A stretch of 64,000 nt of DNA from the human T2T-CHM13v2.0 reference genome, Homo sapiens. Below, one piece after another: positions 41,421-55,149 of this stretch. The notes beneath the pieces are model-generated. The model was not told the DNA's origin. It saw only the letters and a program-made list of their open reading frames with translations, and searched no databases. The position numbers and the translations under genes are program-made. Location: the NCBI RefSeq assembly GCF_009914755.1, contig NC_060928.1; one strand, written 5' to 3'. Numbering within the stretch: the first letter of the stretch is position 1; the number at the start of each line of letters is the position of its first letter.

Positions 41421-43064
41421 TTACACTTTTAGAAAAGCATATGAATTTGGGATTGCACAGAAAAGGCTGAGAGACCAGGAATCTGGGAGTGGGGGTGGTC
41501 ATGATAAAAGTTGTAAAAATTGAAGAGAGGGACAGCCAAGAGACTTGTTTGTGTGGGATTAGGGTAAGGGGAGATGGAAGGGAAAGACAAAGGAGACAGA
41601 GAAAGAAAGCAGGTGGAGAGGAGAGAGAAACTGACTGTTGTTTCAGAGACAGAGGTGCTTTTCCCAGTCTAGATCAGGTGACTGTGAAACAGCTTCAGTC
41701 AGGAGTTGAGAGGGAGAACTGAGACGCTGGCAGAGGCACTACGGTTCTTTTTCTGAGTAGGGGCTAAAAGAAAAACCTTCTCCTAGAGGGAAACTGGTAA
41801 AGAGGCCCTCAGAGATCAGGGTTGAATGCGAAAGGAGGGGCTCAATGCCACATGGAGCTAAGCAAGTGTTTATGCCCGGTTAATAGTTACCCCTTGAAAG
41901 GAAGGTCTAGTACCTCACCCTAGACCTGACCACTGTGGGTTTGTTCCCTGGGATTTCCCACATCGCAGCAAAATCTCTCAACAAAGCACAGGGGATGCGA
42001 AAACAAACAAACATTTGGGAGGTGGTGGAAGAGGAAGAGACAAGAAGAAAGGAACACCAAAGAGAAGTGGTGAAAAAAGGATTTCGCTCTAACAGTAGGG
42101 TCTTCATGGCAGAAGACTCTTCCTCGTTCCTGTGCAGGTCACTAGGGAATCCTCTGTAGATAACAGAGCCCCTTATATGACACCAGTGGCACCAATCGCA
42201 GTTGAGCAAACAGCTTCTCAAATATCCCTTGCTCCTTCTCACCTCCCAGCCCACACCAGCTGTATCCTCACAGCAGGTTCAGTTTTCAAATGCATTTTAT
42301 CTTGTCTCTTCCCCACTCTCCTGCTCCTACCTAAACACAGTACATGCATGCACACACATGTCTGCTCTTTCTGGCTACCTCCTTATATACACCTTTACTT
42401 CTCAGCACTCATGTCCCTTTCTCTGACCTCCCAGAAGAGTCACCCACTGCTCTACAGTGACACTGTCTGTACATTTGTCTCTCCCATCCATTCAATTGTG
42501 GTGAACTCCTTGAGGACAGAGACCATGTCTCATGGGCCATTGTTGCTTAGGCTCCTAGTGCAGCATCTGGCATATAATCTAGCTGGTCTCTTATGGTCAT
42601 TTTTTAGCACGCCTCTGTCACCACCATGGCACTCAACATAGCTCTTTTTGGTGCCTTAGGCCCCATCTTCTGACCCACAAGACAAAATGACCTCATAAAT
42701 CATAGAGTGAGAAGAAAGAGAAGCTGCAGGCAGCAGAGACCTGGTACACAATGAGGAATTGTGGACTCGAGCTGTGGCAACAGAGAGGACCAGGGCTGCA
42801 AAACAATTGCATAACTCCAACCTGTCTCACGTTCTTCCAGTTCTCCCCTTGGTTTCACATTTTCTGCAATATTGCAACATGTCTACCAAATACTGGGCCA
42901 AGATGAGTATAGGAAATCAGTCTGCCAGTCTCCAACTTGGCTGGTGGTTCTTGCTCTCCATACAATTTTGAACCTAAATCTGCAGCCCATATTTCTTGGC
43001 AATAAGTCAGCAAGCTATTCTTGGCAGAACTAAGGATGTGATCTTGTCAATAAGGCAATCAGAA

Positions 43065-43245
43065 CTACTATCTATTGAGCATGTATATAGTAGGTGTTTT
43101 ACATACATCAGTTTCCTTAGTCCTCACAACAAACCTTTGAGGTGAACAACACTGTCTCAATTTTGCAGTTGAAAAATCAATGGAGTTTGAATAACTTGCC
43201 CAATGTCACACAATTAAAAGTGTTACAGTCAGGATTTGAAATAAG
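43065..43245 (-). mobile_element. MIR
   Basis: tattgagc..tcctcacaacaaacct..ataacttgcccaatgtcacaca..caggatttgaa. Confidence 0.8.
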
Positions 43246-45066
43246 TATTTCTATATTATTTAAACTCTACTGCCAAGAACCAGGGATATAAGAAATTTAC
43301 TAGAGATTGCTCTGAAAGCCAAATGCTTAGTTAGGAAACCTGACCTCAAATTAGATGTTCACTTATGATAGTAAGTGACTTATCTAAAAGACCATGGATC
43401 TAGTTGTACTGTTGATAACTTTGCACCCTTTCAGAGACTTGGGTTGTAGTGGTAGCATCATAGACCTCAAAAGCATGTTGGAAGTTGACCCCAATTAACA
43501 CCACTGGGCATACTCAGTTTAGCTGTAATATCATGTAACTGCTACAACATCCTTAAGACCCCAGGTTCTGTTTTCCAGGGTGACTGATGACAGTTTTGTT
43601 TTCAGAACAAACAAGTAGAGTGGGATAAGGATTCCCAGTGGATATTTAGTCTCTAGAGATGTCTATGACCCACATTTTAAGCCCTAGAAAGAAATACAGT
43701 CCACTTGCCAAAAGGTCTTCCCATGATGTTGGTTCAGAAAAAGATAAACCCAATTAGGTATAACCAACAAAGTGAGGAGGGCTGCCAAGCAGAGGAAAAT
43801 TCCACACCATTAAAAAGGCAGTAAGACAAATCTACTTTTCTATGGGTTTAAGAGGGCCTGGGGTGACTGGATTAACTCTGACATCTGTGCTCAGATTCAA
43901 ACCTTTGGTGGAAGAAAAGCTTATAGCTTAATTTTGCAAGACCCAGCATGAAACCTTTGTTGGCCAGTAGGGAGATGGGGTCTGAGAAAATTGGATTAGA
44001 GCTCCTGAAATAAGGACTTGAGCAATGGAGAGGAAAGTGCAATTATAAGCAACTGTACCAGACAAGACTTTTTCCTGTGTGATGTTTCAATCCCAGAAAA
44101 GATCACAAGCTGTATAACCAAATCTTTACTGGTCTGGATTTCAACTGGATTCATAGTAACATATGCTGGCCTTGTGATTAAAATGTTCTTAATCAAAATA
44201 TTTTGAACATACATATTTATAAAACTAACAGAACCCTGCAAGTTTTAAGTTATCAGTCCTTTTCCAAAAAAACAAAATGTTGATTTCCAGGTGCTGAATT
44301 TTTTTTAATAAAATAAAATAAAAATGAACATGTATATTTGGGGGAAAAAAGACATGGAGACTATAATTAAGAGATGTACCATCTAGCTTATCAGAGTATA
44401 AGAAAGAGGTAGTAGAGAAAATGTAGAAGAAGGCAATATTCAAAGAGATGGTGAATAAGAATTTTCCCAAATGTATGAGGCAGAAATCCTCAGACACAGA
44501 AAACCAAGTAAAGCAAAATAAATAAAAAGAGATTCGAGGCTAGATACTAGATACATTGTAAGATACTGCAGAATATCAAAACAAGGAAAGAAAGAGGGAG
44601 GGAAAGAAGAAGGGAGGAAAAGAGAAGCGAATATAATTTTTTTTAATGGAAAAAAGAAAGAAAATCATAAAAGCAGCCAGAGAACAAGTCAGATTACTGA
44701 TATAGGTACAAATTTGATTGACATCTAATTGCTCAATAGAGAAAGTAGGGCCTATTCTCAATAGTCACAAAAAATCAGAAAATAATGGATTTTTTTTAAG
44801 CAGAGAGGAAAAAACCATCAACCTAGAATGATATTACTACAGAAATGATCTTTGAAGAACAATAGCAAAATAAAAATATTTTTAGAAAATAAAAATTGAG
44901 AGATTCTTTTTAAAGGAATGTCTAAAAGATTTACTCCAGAAAGAAGGAAAATGAGCCCCCAGGGAAGCCTGAGATGTAAGAAGAAATAGTGAGCAAACAA
45001 AATGTTAAATGAGTGGATTAATCTAAAGCAACTCTGTAATTTGAGGGCTTAAAGACTACAAGAACT

Positions 45067-45391
<325 letters not shown>

Positions 45392-47001
45392 TCATAAGTT
45401 GGGATGGAGTGAACAGAATTAAGGGTGTCTTACGTTGTTTATATTATTTGGGAAAAGAATAAGTGAATGAATCAACTTTAGCCTTTGCTAAATTAAAATA
45501 CATTCTAAATTTATAGGGAATCATTTAAACAATAAAAATAAAGATATAATTTGCAATTAATTGAGGAGAAAAATGAAATGGGAAAACAAACGCAATGCAA
45601 AAGAAAGTATTTAAGAAGAAGAAAGGACATATGAAATATAAATAGAAATAAAGATAAATAGAAAACACAACATAAAAAGTAAAATAAATCTAAATATAGC
45701 TGTAATCACAATAAATGTAAATGCATAAATGCGCCAGTTAAAAGCCAAAGACTGTCAGACTAGATTTCAAAAAACATTCACCAGTATGTTACTTACAAGA
45801 CTGCCAATTAAAAACTAGGGACATAAATAGACTGAGACTAAAAGGATGAATATTATCATGCAAATACTAAATAAAATCTAAATTGACATCAGACAAAATC
45901 AACTTAAAGGAGCAAAACATTGTTTAAGGCAATAAATCACTACATAGTTTTTTAAAAGTTAAAGTTGCTAATAAGATGTAACAAATACAAAATTGATACA
46001 TCCTTCATTATCGTAAGAGATTTTAATATATCTCCATTGGTAACTGAGTGATCAGGTAGGCAAAGTAACCAGTAAGAATATGAACTTGACTAATATAATT
46101 AATTAACAGGTTTGATATAATGATGATATATGAAAGAATGTATCTAAAATTTGGTAAATTGGCATTTTTTTCAAACTTACACAGAACACATATGAAAATT
46201 GAATATGTGTAAGGCCATTAAATAAATCTCAAAGAATTTCAAGAAATCAGAATTTACACAAAAGTTATCTGACTAAAATGCAATTATATCAGAAATCAAT
46301 AATGAAACAACCAAACTCTTTTTTAAAAAAATTAAGCACATGCTTCTGAATAACTCCAGTCAAAGAATAAATCATTTAACAATCGTTTTTAATTTTTAGC
46401 ATGAAAAGAGAATAAAAACATATGTGATACAGCAAAACCAAAGCTTAGGGCAAAATCTGGGGGAAAATGCTTTTCTAAAAAATAAAGACTAACAAGTTAG
46501 CAAGCTAAATATATAACTTAAGAAGTTAGTAACAAAATATGTATAAAGTAGAAAAATGATAAATATAAAAGCTAAAGTAGAAAAAGTAGTAAATATAAAA
46601 GCTAAAGCTAATGAAATGGTAAACAGATTAACTAGAGAATATCATTAAAGCAAATGTGAGTTCTTTGAAAAAACTAATAAATTAACAAACCTCTGAAGAT
46701 ATTATGAAGAAATGAAAAGGAAAAAATAAACACTATTTAAAATAATTAATCAAACATAATTACCAATGCAGAAGAGTGACAGGATAACAAGTGAACATTA
46801 GTAACAAGTAAATTAGAAAACTAAGATATATAAACACATCTCAGGGAAAAAATGAGAAAACTAATTCAGGAAGACAGAAAATCTGAATAATCCTACATTT
46901 ATTAAAGAAATAAAATCAATAATTTTTAATATTTTTGCAAAGTGAAACTAATTCTTGAACATTTTACCAGTGAGTTGTACCAAACACTCAGAGAACAGAT
47001 A

Positions 47002-47611
47002 CCGGTTGAGTATCCCTTATTTAAAATGTTTGGTGGCCGGGTGCAGTGGCTCACACCTGTAATCCCAGCACTTTGGGAGGCAGAGGTGGTCGGATCACCT
47101 GAGGTCAGAAGTTCGAGATCAGCCTGGCCAACATGGTGAAACTCCATCTCTACTAAAAAAATATATATATATTAGCCAGGTGTGGTGGCGCATGCTTGTA
47201 ATCCCAGCTACTCAGGAAGCTGAGGCAAGAGAATCACTTGAACCCAGGAGGCAGAGATTGCAGTGAGCCAAGATCACACCACTGCACTCCAGTCTGGGCA
47301 ACAGAGTGAGACTCTGTCTCAAAATAAATAAATAAATAAAATTTTTTTAAAAATACAATGTTTGGGACCAGAAATGTTTCAAATTTTGATTTTTTTGAGG
47401 TGGGGGTGGGGGGAGTTTCAGAATATTTGCATTATACCAGTTGAGCATCCCAAATCTGAAAATCCTTAATCTGAAATGCTCCAATGAGCATTCCCTTTGA
47501 ACATCATGTCAACACTCAAAAAGTTTGGATTTGGAGATTCTCAGATTTTGGATTTTGGATACTAGGGCAATCCCTCACTATCCAGCATCATATTAGGGAT
47601 GCTAAACTTGT
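47002..47611 (+). mobile_element. Tigger4/Zombi (MER46)-type TcMar DNA transposon interrupted by Alu
   Basis: ggttgagtatcccttat..tttgggaccagaaatgtttc..ccagttgagcatccc..ttagggatgctaaacttg terminal inverted motifs. Confidence 0.85.
47035..47341 (+). mobile_element. AluS (Sx-like) with (TAAA)n tail
   Basis: Full dimer; TSD aatgtttgg. Confidence 0.96.
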
Positions 47612-47862
47612 GATTCTAATCTTACACAACTTTTTCAGGAACAGAAAAAAGGAAAAGAAAAAACCCACCCACCTCATTTCATGAGGTTTCATGAGGCTAG
47701 TATAACCTTCAAACCAAAAACAGTCAGGAAATAAATCTTGAATATTAAAAGTAGGAAAGCAGAAATGAAAATTTAATAAAATGTCTGAAAAATAAAATTA
47801 AAAATTTTCTAAAAACATAAAGGTATAAAATATGGAAGATAACGTAAGAAAAGATAAGCAAA

Positions 47863-48449
47863 TGTAAAAAGTAGAGGTTCTTCTTCAAAGACTTTCCCCC
47901 CCATTTAATTAGAAATAAATAATAACTTCTCTTAGAAGCAAAATGTGTTCAAAGACCTGTGCTAACTTTCCTAAATATCTGCTAGCTGTAATAAAGAAAT
48001 CAAAGTACTTTATGTTCTTAGCTCCCACAATTTAGCCTAAATATTTGCCCTGGCATGCTTATACTGGTCCAAGCAAGCATTAGGTCACAGCCTGTTCCTT
48101 TTCCTTATTTAAAGGTGTTTCTGCCTTTCTCAGCATTCCACAAGTTGCGTCCTCCTTCCTTTGTTCTCCTCTACCTTTGCCTCTTTTAGAAAGTTCTAAG
48201 TTGCTAGCCAATCGAGACAAATAAAGAATGTGAGGTTCCGTTCCAGCCAATGGAAAATGGACACAGCAGTAGGGTGAACGTGTCAGGTTATAAATGACCC
48301 TCTCTCCTTTGTTCAGTGTTATACTCTCGAGGCAAAACTGCTGGCGAGTGTACCCTTTCTGCAGGAAATAAAAATGGTCTTGCTGAATAAATTAAATTTA
48401 TGTTCAAGTGCTATTTTGTCACGACACCAGGGAACAAGCATTTCAAACA
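47863..48449 (+). mobile_element. ERV1 solo LTR (LTR10/HERV-I family-like)
   Basis: TG..CA ends; aaaagtagaggttcttcttcaaagactttcc start; two CCAAT boxes (~48208, ~48247), TATAAA 48288, polyA-type hexamers ~48367-48395; no clean TSD seen. Confidence 0.8.
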
Positions 48450-48887
48450 GAGAACCAAAGAGAATATAAAAGTTATTACTAGAGAATTGAAAGAAACAGT
48501 CCACTATATCCTACAGATAGAAGTTCCAAAACAGCAAACACCAAGAATGGTGGGGAAGATATTATGAAAGAAATAAAACAAGGAAATTTCCCAGAACCAC
48601 AGAAACAAGTTTCCAGATTGAAAAAGCCCACTGAGTATTCATTATGATAAATGAAGACCCCACCACATTGCATTATTGCAAACCTCAAAACACCAAGTTA
48701 TGCTTAATGGTATATCCCGGGCTTTTTGTGAAGTATGTCATTTTAATATACAGGATCAGGAATTATAATGACATGGGATTCCTCACAGAGACCCAGCTTC
48801 TGTTGATCCTTTCCTTGTAGTAAGATGGTTTAAAGAAACAAACAAAACAAGTAAGATGTAGCTATTTTAATCTCTCGTTGGAGAAAA

Positions 48888-49380
48888 GTATGTTCATTGC
48901 AGCACTATTCACAATAACAAAGGCATGGAATCAACCTAAATTCCCATCAGTGATAGAATGGATAAAGAAATGTGGTGCATATACACCATGGAATACCATG
49001 CAGCCGTAAACAGTATGAAATCATGTCCTTTGCAGGGACATGGATGGAGCAGAAGGCTGTTATCCTCAGCAAACTTAATGCAGGAACAGAAGCCCAAATA
49101 TCGCATGATCTCACTTACAAATGGGAACTGAATGATGAGAACACATGGACACATGATGGGATACAGCACACACTGGGGCCTGTGGGAGGGTGGTGGGGGA
49201 GGAGTATCAGGAGGGAGAGTATCAGGAAAAATAGCTAATGGATGCTGGGCTTAATATCGGGGTGATGGGAAGATCTGTGGAGCAAACCATCACGGCACAG
49301 ATTTACCTATGTAACAAACCTGCACATCCTGCACATGTACCCCCTGAACATTAAAAAAATGAAATTAGAAAAAGGAAAAA
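48888..49380 (+). mobile_element. 5'-truncated L1PA (older, L1PA13-16-like) 3' end
   Basis: atgttcattgcagcactattcacaat..atcatgtcctttgcagggacatggatggag..cctatgtaacaaacctgcacatcctgcacatgtacccc + A-rich tail. Confidence 0.92.
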
Positions 49381-49479
49381 TAAAAGCATTCTATGATCTA
49401 TAAGGCTATATGTTACAGTAAATTTTTGAAATCATAAACTACATGCAATAAAAACATTAAAAATATTTAAAAACATAGA

Positions 49480-50650
49480 AATGACATAAATGTTGAATTT
49501 ATCTGGCAAAGATTTTAAAGCAGCTATCATAAAAATATTTTAATGCGTAATTACAAACATACTTAAAATAAATGAAAAAACAGAAAGTCTCAGCAAAGAA
49601 ATAAAAGATATAACAAAGAACCAAATTGAAATCTGAACTAAAAACCACAATAACTGAAATAAAATATTCATTGGATGGGCTCAACAACACAATAGAGAGG
49701 AGAGAGGGAAGAATCAATGAACATGAAAGTAGAACAATAGAAATCACCCAATCTAAAGAACAAAAAGAAAATAAACTGAAAACATAAAATGACATACTTA
49801 AGACCTAACATATTAATTACATCATCATAAATGATCTGAATGCACCAATTAAAAGGCAGAGGTTGGCAGAATGGTTTTTTTTTTTTTTTTAATGACCCAA
49901 CTCAATGCTCAAGGGCATTTTTGTCAGTGAAAAAAGCCAACCTCAAAAAGTTATATACCAGCCAGGTGCAGTGTCTCATACCTGTAATCCCAATGCTTTG
50001 GGAGGCTGACGTAGGAAGATTACTTCAGGCCAGGAGTTCAAGAACAGCCTGAGCAACATAGTGAGATTCCCATCTCTACAAATTTAAAAAAAAAAAATAG
50101 CTGGGTGTGGTGGCATGTGCATGTATAGTCCCAGCTAGAGGCTGAGGTGAGAGGATCACCTAAGCCCAGGAGGTCAAGGCTGCAGTGAGCCATGATCATG
50201 CACTGGGTGCATGCCTGGGTGATAGAATGTGACCCTGTATCAAAAAAAATTAAAAAGTCATATACCATGTAATTCCATTTGCATTACATTGTCAAAATGA
50301 CAAAATTACGAAAGTGGAAAGCAGAGTAGTGGCTGCCAGGGGCTAGGGATGATGCGGGAGGGGGCTGGGTATGATTACAAAGGGGTAGCCTAAGGGAGAT
50401 ATTTGTGGTGATGGAACAGCTCTGTGTCTTGACTTCAGTGATGGTTATGTGAATCTACATACATGATGAAACAGTATGAACTATGCACAGGCATTGTACC
50501 AATGGTAGATTCCTGGTTTTAATATTGCTTTACAGTTGTATAAGCTATAATCATTGAGAGAAATTAAGTGAAACGTAAATGGAAACTCTCTGTATTATTT
50601 TTATAACTTTCTGTGAATTTATAATTATTTCAAAATTAAAAGATTTTTAA
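49480..50650 (+). mobile_element. L1MC/MD-type fragments (ORF1 piece and 3'UTR)
   Basis: gaaagtctcagcaaagaaata..ggatgggctcaaca; 3'UTR ggaaactctctgtattattttt..ataattatttcaaaa. Confidence 0.75.
49961..50251 (+). mobile_element. AluJ
   Basis: J-type dimer; TSD aaaaagt(t/c)atatacca. Confidence 0.94.
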
Positions 50651-50801
50651 AAACTTATAAAGCATATCTTTTTCCAAGTCTTAGGCATACAGAGATGAAT
50701 AAAACAAGAGTTCCTGCCTTCAGAGTCCTGCCATCTGGTTAACTATATAATCCTTTTGGGAAGATGGGTAAAACCCAAAGATACAAAAGATAGAAATAGC
50801 C

Positions 50802-50949
50802 TTTTTTTTTTTTTTGAGACGGAGTCTCATTCTTTCGCCCAGGCTGGAGGGCAGTGGCGCGATGTCGGCTCACTCTGCTCACTGCAAGCTCCGCCTCCCG
50901 GGCTCACGCCCTTCTCCTGCCTCAGCCTCCTGAGTAGCTGGAACTACAG
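50802..50949 (-). mobile_element. 5'-truncated AluY-like right arm
   Basis: cactgcaagctccgcctcccggg..cacgcc; TSD agaaatagcc. Confidence 0.92.
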
Positions 50950-51069
50950 AGAAATAGCCATTTTAAAAGGGGTTGTAGCTGTATGAGTGGTGCTAGGATT
51001 ATAAAGTCTAAAGATGCCAAGACTCCAAGCACTGGGTCTCTTAATAACAATTTAAAATTCAAAGTGTTT

Positions 51070-51150
51070 GCTGGGCTTAGTTGCTCACGCCTGTATTCCC
51101 AGTACTTTGGAAGGCTGAGGCAGGAGGATTGCTTGAGGCCAGGAGTTAAA
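51070..51150 (+). mobile_element. Alu left-arm fragment
   Basis: gctcacgcctgtattcccagtactttggaaggctgaggcaggaggattgcttgaggccaggagtt. Confidence 0.85.
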
Positions 51151-51472
51151 GAATAATTTATTATGAAACAGTCTGTGCCTACACCAGAATATGTGCAAAA
51201 GTATGAACACACTCTGACCCGCCAGCCGACTAAAGAATCCCCAAATTAACCACACAATTGAAGCTAACCCAACTCCCATCCTCCTCCCCTCAGACATAAC
51301 TGTCACCGTGAATTTTGTGTTTACCATACCCTTGCTTTTAAAAATTAGTTGACTATATACTCTGGTTTCTCTTCAGATCGTATAAATCTTTCGCCTTTTA
51401 CTAAAAATTAGTTGACTACAATGTAAGTATTCCCTGACAGCGTTTGTTTAGCTTTGCTTGTGTGTTTGTTAA

Positions 51473-51677
<205 letters not shown>

Positions 51678-51689
51678 CTAATACACTCC

Positions 51690-52275
51690 CATTAACAGTC
51701 TTATACATATCTCCTGGTGTACATGTCCAAGAGTTTCTCTAGGGTACATACCTAGGAGTGAAATTGCTGGGTCATAGGAATGTCATCTTTACCTGTGATT
51801 GATAATGCCGAATTGTTTTCCAAAGAAAATGTACTAATTTACAGTCTCAACAGCAGTACATAAGATTCTGTTTTTCCACATCCTCATTAATACTTAATAT
51901 TGTCAGACTTCATAAGTTTTTGTACATCTAGTGGGTATAAAATGATATTATAATTCTAATTTGCAAATCTGCACTTCTCTGATTACTAATGAAGTTGAGG
52001 GACTTTAAATATGCTGAATAGTCATTTACATTTCTTTTGTGAATTACCTAATCATGTTTTGGGCGCATCTTTCAATGGGTTATAGTCATTCTTTATATAT
52101 TCCAGGTCCTAATCCCTTCTTTGTCAGTTAGATGTAGTGTAAAGGTTTTCTTCCACTTTGAGGCTGACCATTTTACTCTCCTTGTGGTATTTTTGGTAAA
52201 CAGAAGTTCTTTATTTTAATGAAGTGAAATGTATTAATCTCTTCCTTTTGCTTTGTGCTTTTTGTGTCTCTTAAT
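51690..52275 (-). mobile_element. Old L1 (L1ME-type) ORF2 end/3' region; further piece at ~51240-51475
   Basis: atacctaggagtgaaattgctgggtcatagg..ttttccacatcctca..tctctgattactaatgaagttgag. Confidence 0.85.
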
Positions 52276-54386
52276 TCCACAGAGAAGGAAAAATTTTACT
52301 TTAGAAAAAATATAGGGGAATATCTTTATGACCTCTGGAGAGGGAAGGATTTCTCAAACAAGATCCCAAAAGTGCTAATCATAAACCGTTGCTATTTAAC
52401 AACCACTTCTAGGGATTGTAAGGATGAATCAGGAGGATACGCTGAGCTCTGGCCACCTTTGTTTTCATTATTTCCTTGGAGAAGTAGGTTCCCCTGTGTT
52501 GCTGTTGAATGGGGGTGGGCTCACAACAAAAGACTGTTAGCACAGCCAAGGCAACTGCCCATGCCCTAGTTGCATCCATCCGGCCTGCGTGGCTACCACC
52601 TTTTCAGGAGAGAGGCAGGGGGACCCACCACAGTTTGTTCACCTTTAGTTCTTCTTTGTTACTAGCTTTGATGGGGGTCTGTTTCCGCTAATCTTAACTG
52701 TGGCAAAAATGCTCCAGGATGTCTATTCTTCTAGTTATATATGGAATTTCCTGGACTTCATTTGATTGCTTGGGATGGGGGCTGAGTAGATGCAGCTATT
52801 TCCAGGCATCCTTGCCTTTTCTTTCCTGAAAAACCATTGTGTTAGCAACACAGTTCTAGGTGGGGCAACACTATTCACATACATTTTGTTTTTTACTATA
52901 TAATCTCAAACCAAGTTTTCTTTTTAGAAATATGCATATACACTTGCAGCTAATGCTACTTTCAACAATCCTCTGTGTAATACTATTTGTATGTTTCTTT
53001 TAATCGTTTTTACCATTTTAAGGCTCATTTTTTTCCTGTGCAATTTCAGGAGGCTTCTTCCCCCTCCCCCATCACCCCCTCCCCCTTTTCCCATTTATCT
53101 GTATATGGGTCATTATCCTCTTCTCCATCAACATCTTCTCAGCATAACTGAATGCCCTAGGGAGATTGGGCTGGTGAGGCTCTGCCATGATTAATGGATT
53201 TCTTTTCACTCTTCAGTAATTGGCTGGCTTCCACTAAGGGCAGCTAATGTCTCTGTAGCTAGTTGGATTAAGTAGATTAGGTTACCAGTATTGCTGCTTA
53301 TCTCATTCTAGAATCAATGATCCAATTCACACGTTCACCACCTATAAATCTGGGGAAACTATTACACAGAAGCCCTAGTAATTGATTAGTGGGTATTTCC
53401 TGAAATGAATCATTTATAAGGTGATGCCTTGGTTCCCAGCCTATTTCTGAGGCAATTAGGACCTACTGAGTTGCTTATTTGTTTACACTTTGATGACATC
53501 CATTTATTTCTGGTCTAAAGTCTGAATCTCACACCCAGTTTCTTAATGTTCTGGCCACCAGCTCTTTCTCATTTCTTTCTTTGTGCTTCTTTCTGAAACC
53601 TTTTCAGCCAGATGCCCAGTTTATGACACAGCTGATCCCCAGTATCTATCTGTCTGTTGATTTTGATAGCGCCGAAATAGGGTCATTTTGATTCTTGGAG
53701 CAAACTGTAGCCAGGACCTACCTCCTTTTGCCTTTGCCTTCTCAGTGCTCACTGGCCATGCCAGAGGAAAAGCCTGGAGGGGATGTGTAGGTAGAGGACA
53801 CTTGCAGAGTGCTCTGACTCTCCTCCCAAGACCTGTATGTCAACAGAGCCTGCCAACAGAGAACAGCTGTTCTTCAACATGAGAGTCTGCTTCAGGCCGG
53901 AATCCTTTTTTACAATTTATGACTTCATATATGCCAGGCACTAAATTACAGACTGTACCTTAAAATCTGGGTGTGGTGGGAAGTCAGGTAATAATTGCTA
54001 CCACACACCGAGCACTTCTATGAGCAAGGTGGTTTGTGCTAAGAGTTTCTCCTACAGCATTTCATTTAACTTATAGCCATCATGTGTCCTGGGTGTTATC
54101 ATCTCATGCAAGAAACCTAAAGCTGATGGAGGTTATGTACATTTTCTGGGTCATTCAATTAATAAGTGAAGAAATTCAATCAAGCATTGACTTAGCTAAT
54201 TCAAAATGGTACTTTTAACCAGTACAACATCCTGCCTCCCTCTTGAAAACATAAATGATTGGTCAGAATTACATGGCATTAGCTAAAAGGAGGTCACAGA
54301 AAGGCTGGTCACAGAAAGGTTACATGTAGGCTGCATAGCCCTGGGCTATAGAGTAGAAGGAAATGGGTCCTAGGAAGCATATAATC

Positions 54387-54778
54387 CCATGGTTCTCAAA
54401 CTTTTTTTTCTTATTGTGGTTAAGAAAAACATGACATAAAACAAAAGATGGGATGCTTCAAAAGTTTGTGAAGATACAGCAAGATAGCTGTGCATCTTTG
54501 CACAGGGGCCATGGAATCTTCTCTGTATTGTTGCAGTTTTAGGATATACGCTGCCAAAATGAGCACTCCCAAATTTTTTAACTTGCAACTCACAACGTGA
54601 AACACATTTTACATCATGACTCCATACACACATCCATCTATAACTGAAACGAAATTCTACTTTGTAATCCTTGCACTTCTTCCATGTAGTACACTACATT
54701 TTTCTATTACATTTTCTATTTAAAAAAAAAAATCTGGCCATAGCCTATTAAGTGGACTTTACAACTTGCAAATACTGA
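54387..54778. mobile_element. hAT-Charlie DNA transposon (Charlie4-like) interrupted by the U6 retrocopy
   Basis: catggttctcaaactt..aaacacattttacatcatgactcca..actgaaac..ttgcaaatactg terminal motifs. Confidence 0.6.
54443..54566 (-). pseudogene. RNU6: Full-length U6 snRNA retropseudogene with an 18-nt internal insertion, fused to an L1-like 3' tip
   Basis: Minus strand GTGCTCattTtGGCAGCgtATATcCTAAAAcTGcAACaATACAGAGAAGATTcCATGGCCCCTGtGCAAaGATG..cacaaacttttGAAGCaTcCCATcTTTT aligns end to end with U6; ACAGAGA box intact. Confidence 0.95.
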
Positions 54779-55149
54779 TCTCTAAACATCAACGGATGGA
54801 AAATGGAGGCTCCAGGATATGTTGGATACCTGGCGCAGTGCCTGGCAAATAACAATCCTGAGTGTCTTTGCCTTATCTCCCTGTGTGATGCAGCAAGCCT
54901 GTGTAGTACCTCACCGGCAGAGCTGGGATGGAATCCAGGTTTGCCAATTCCCAATTTAGGGTTTCTCAGTCAAGGAAAGTTTGTCAAAGAGGAGGGATTC
55001 TCTCGTGGAAGAGTTTCTTCACAGGGGTGGGCAGAAGTGGGAAGAAACAGTGAAGTCGTGGAAGACTCACACTGCCCACCATGGACCTTGCCCGAGGGCA
55101 CAGGATACTACAACAGGACTGTCTAATTCCAAAGCCCACACTCTTTTTG

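Noticed and set aside
42132-42641. 169-aa ORF, longest in the window
   Set aside because: Non-ATG start, low-information composition, 3' part runs through an L2 3'-end remnant
54443-54566. Functional U6 gene
   Set aside because: Many substitutions, 18-nt insertion, lost AGC triad, upstream flank is transposon rather than a PSE/TATA promoter
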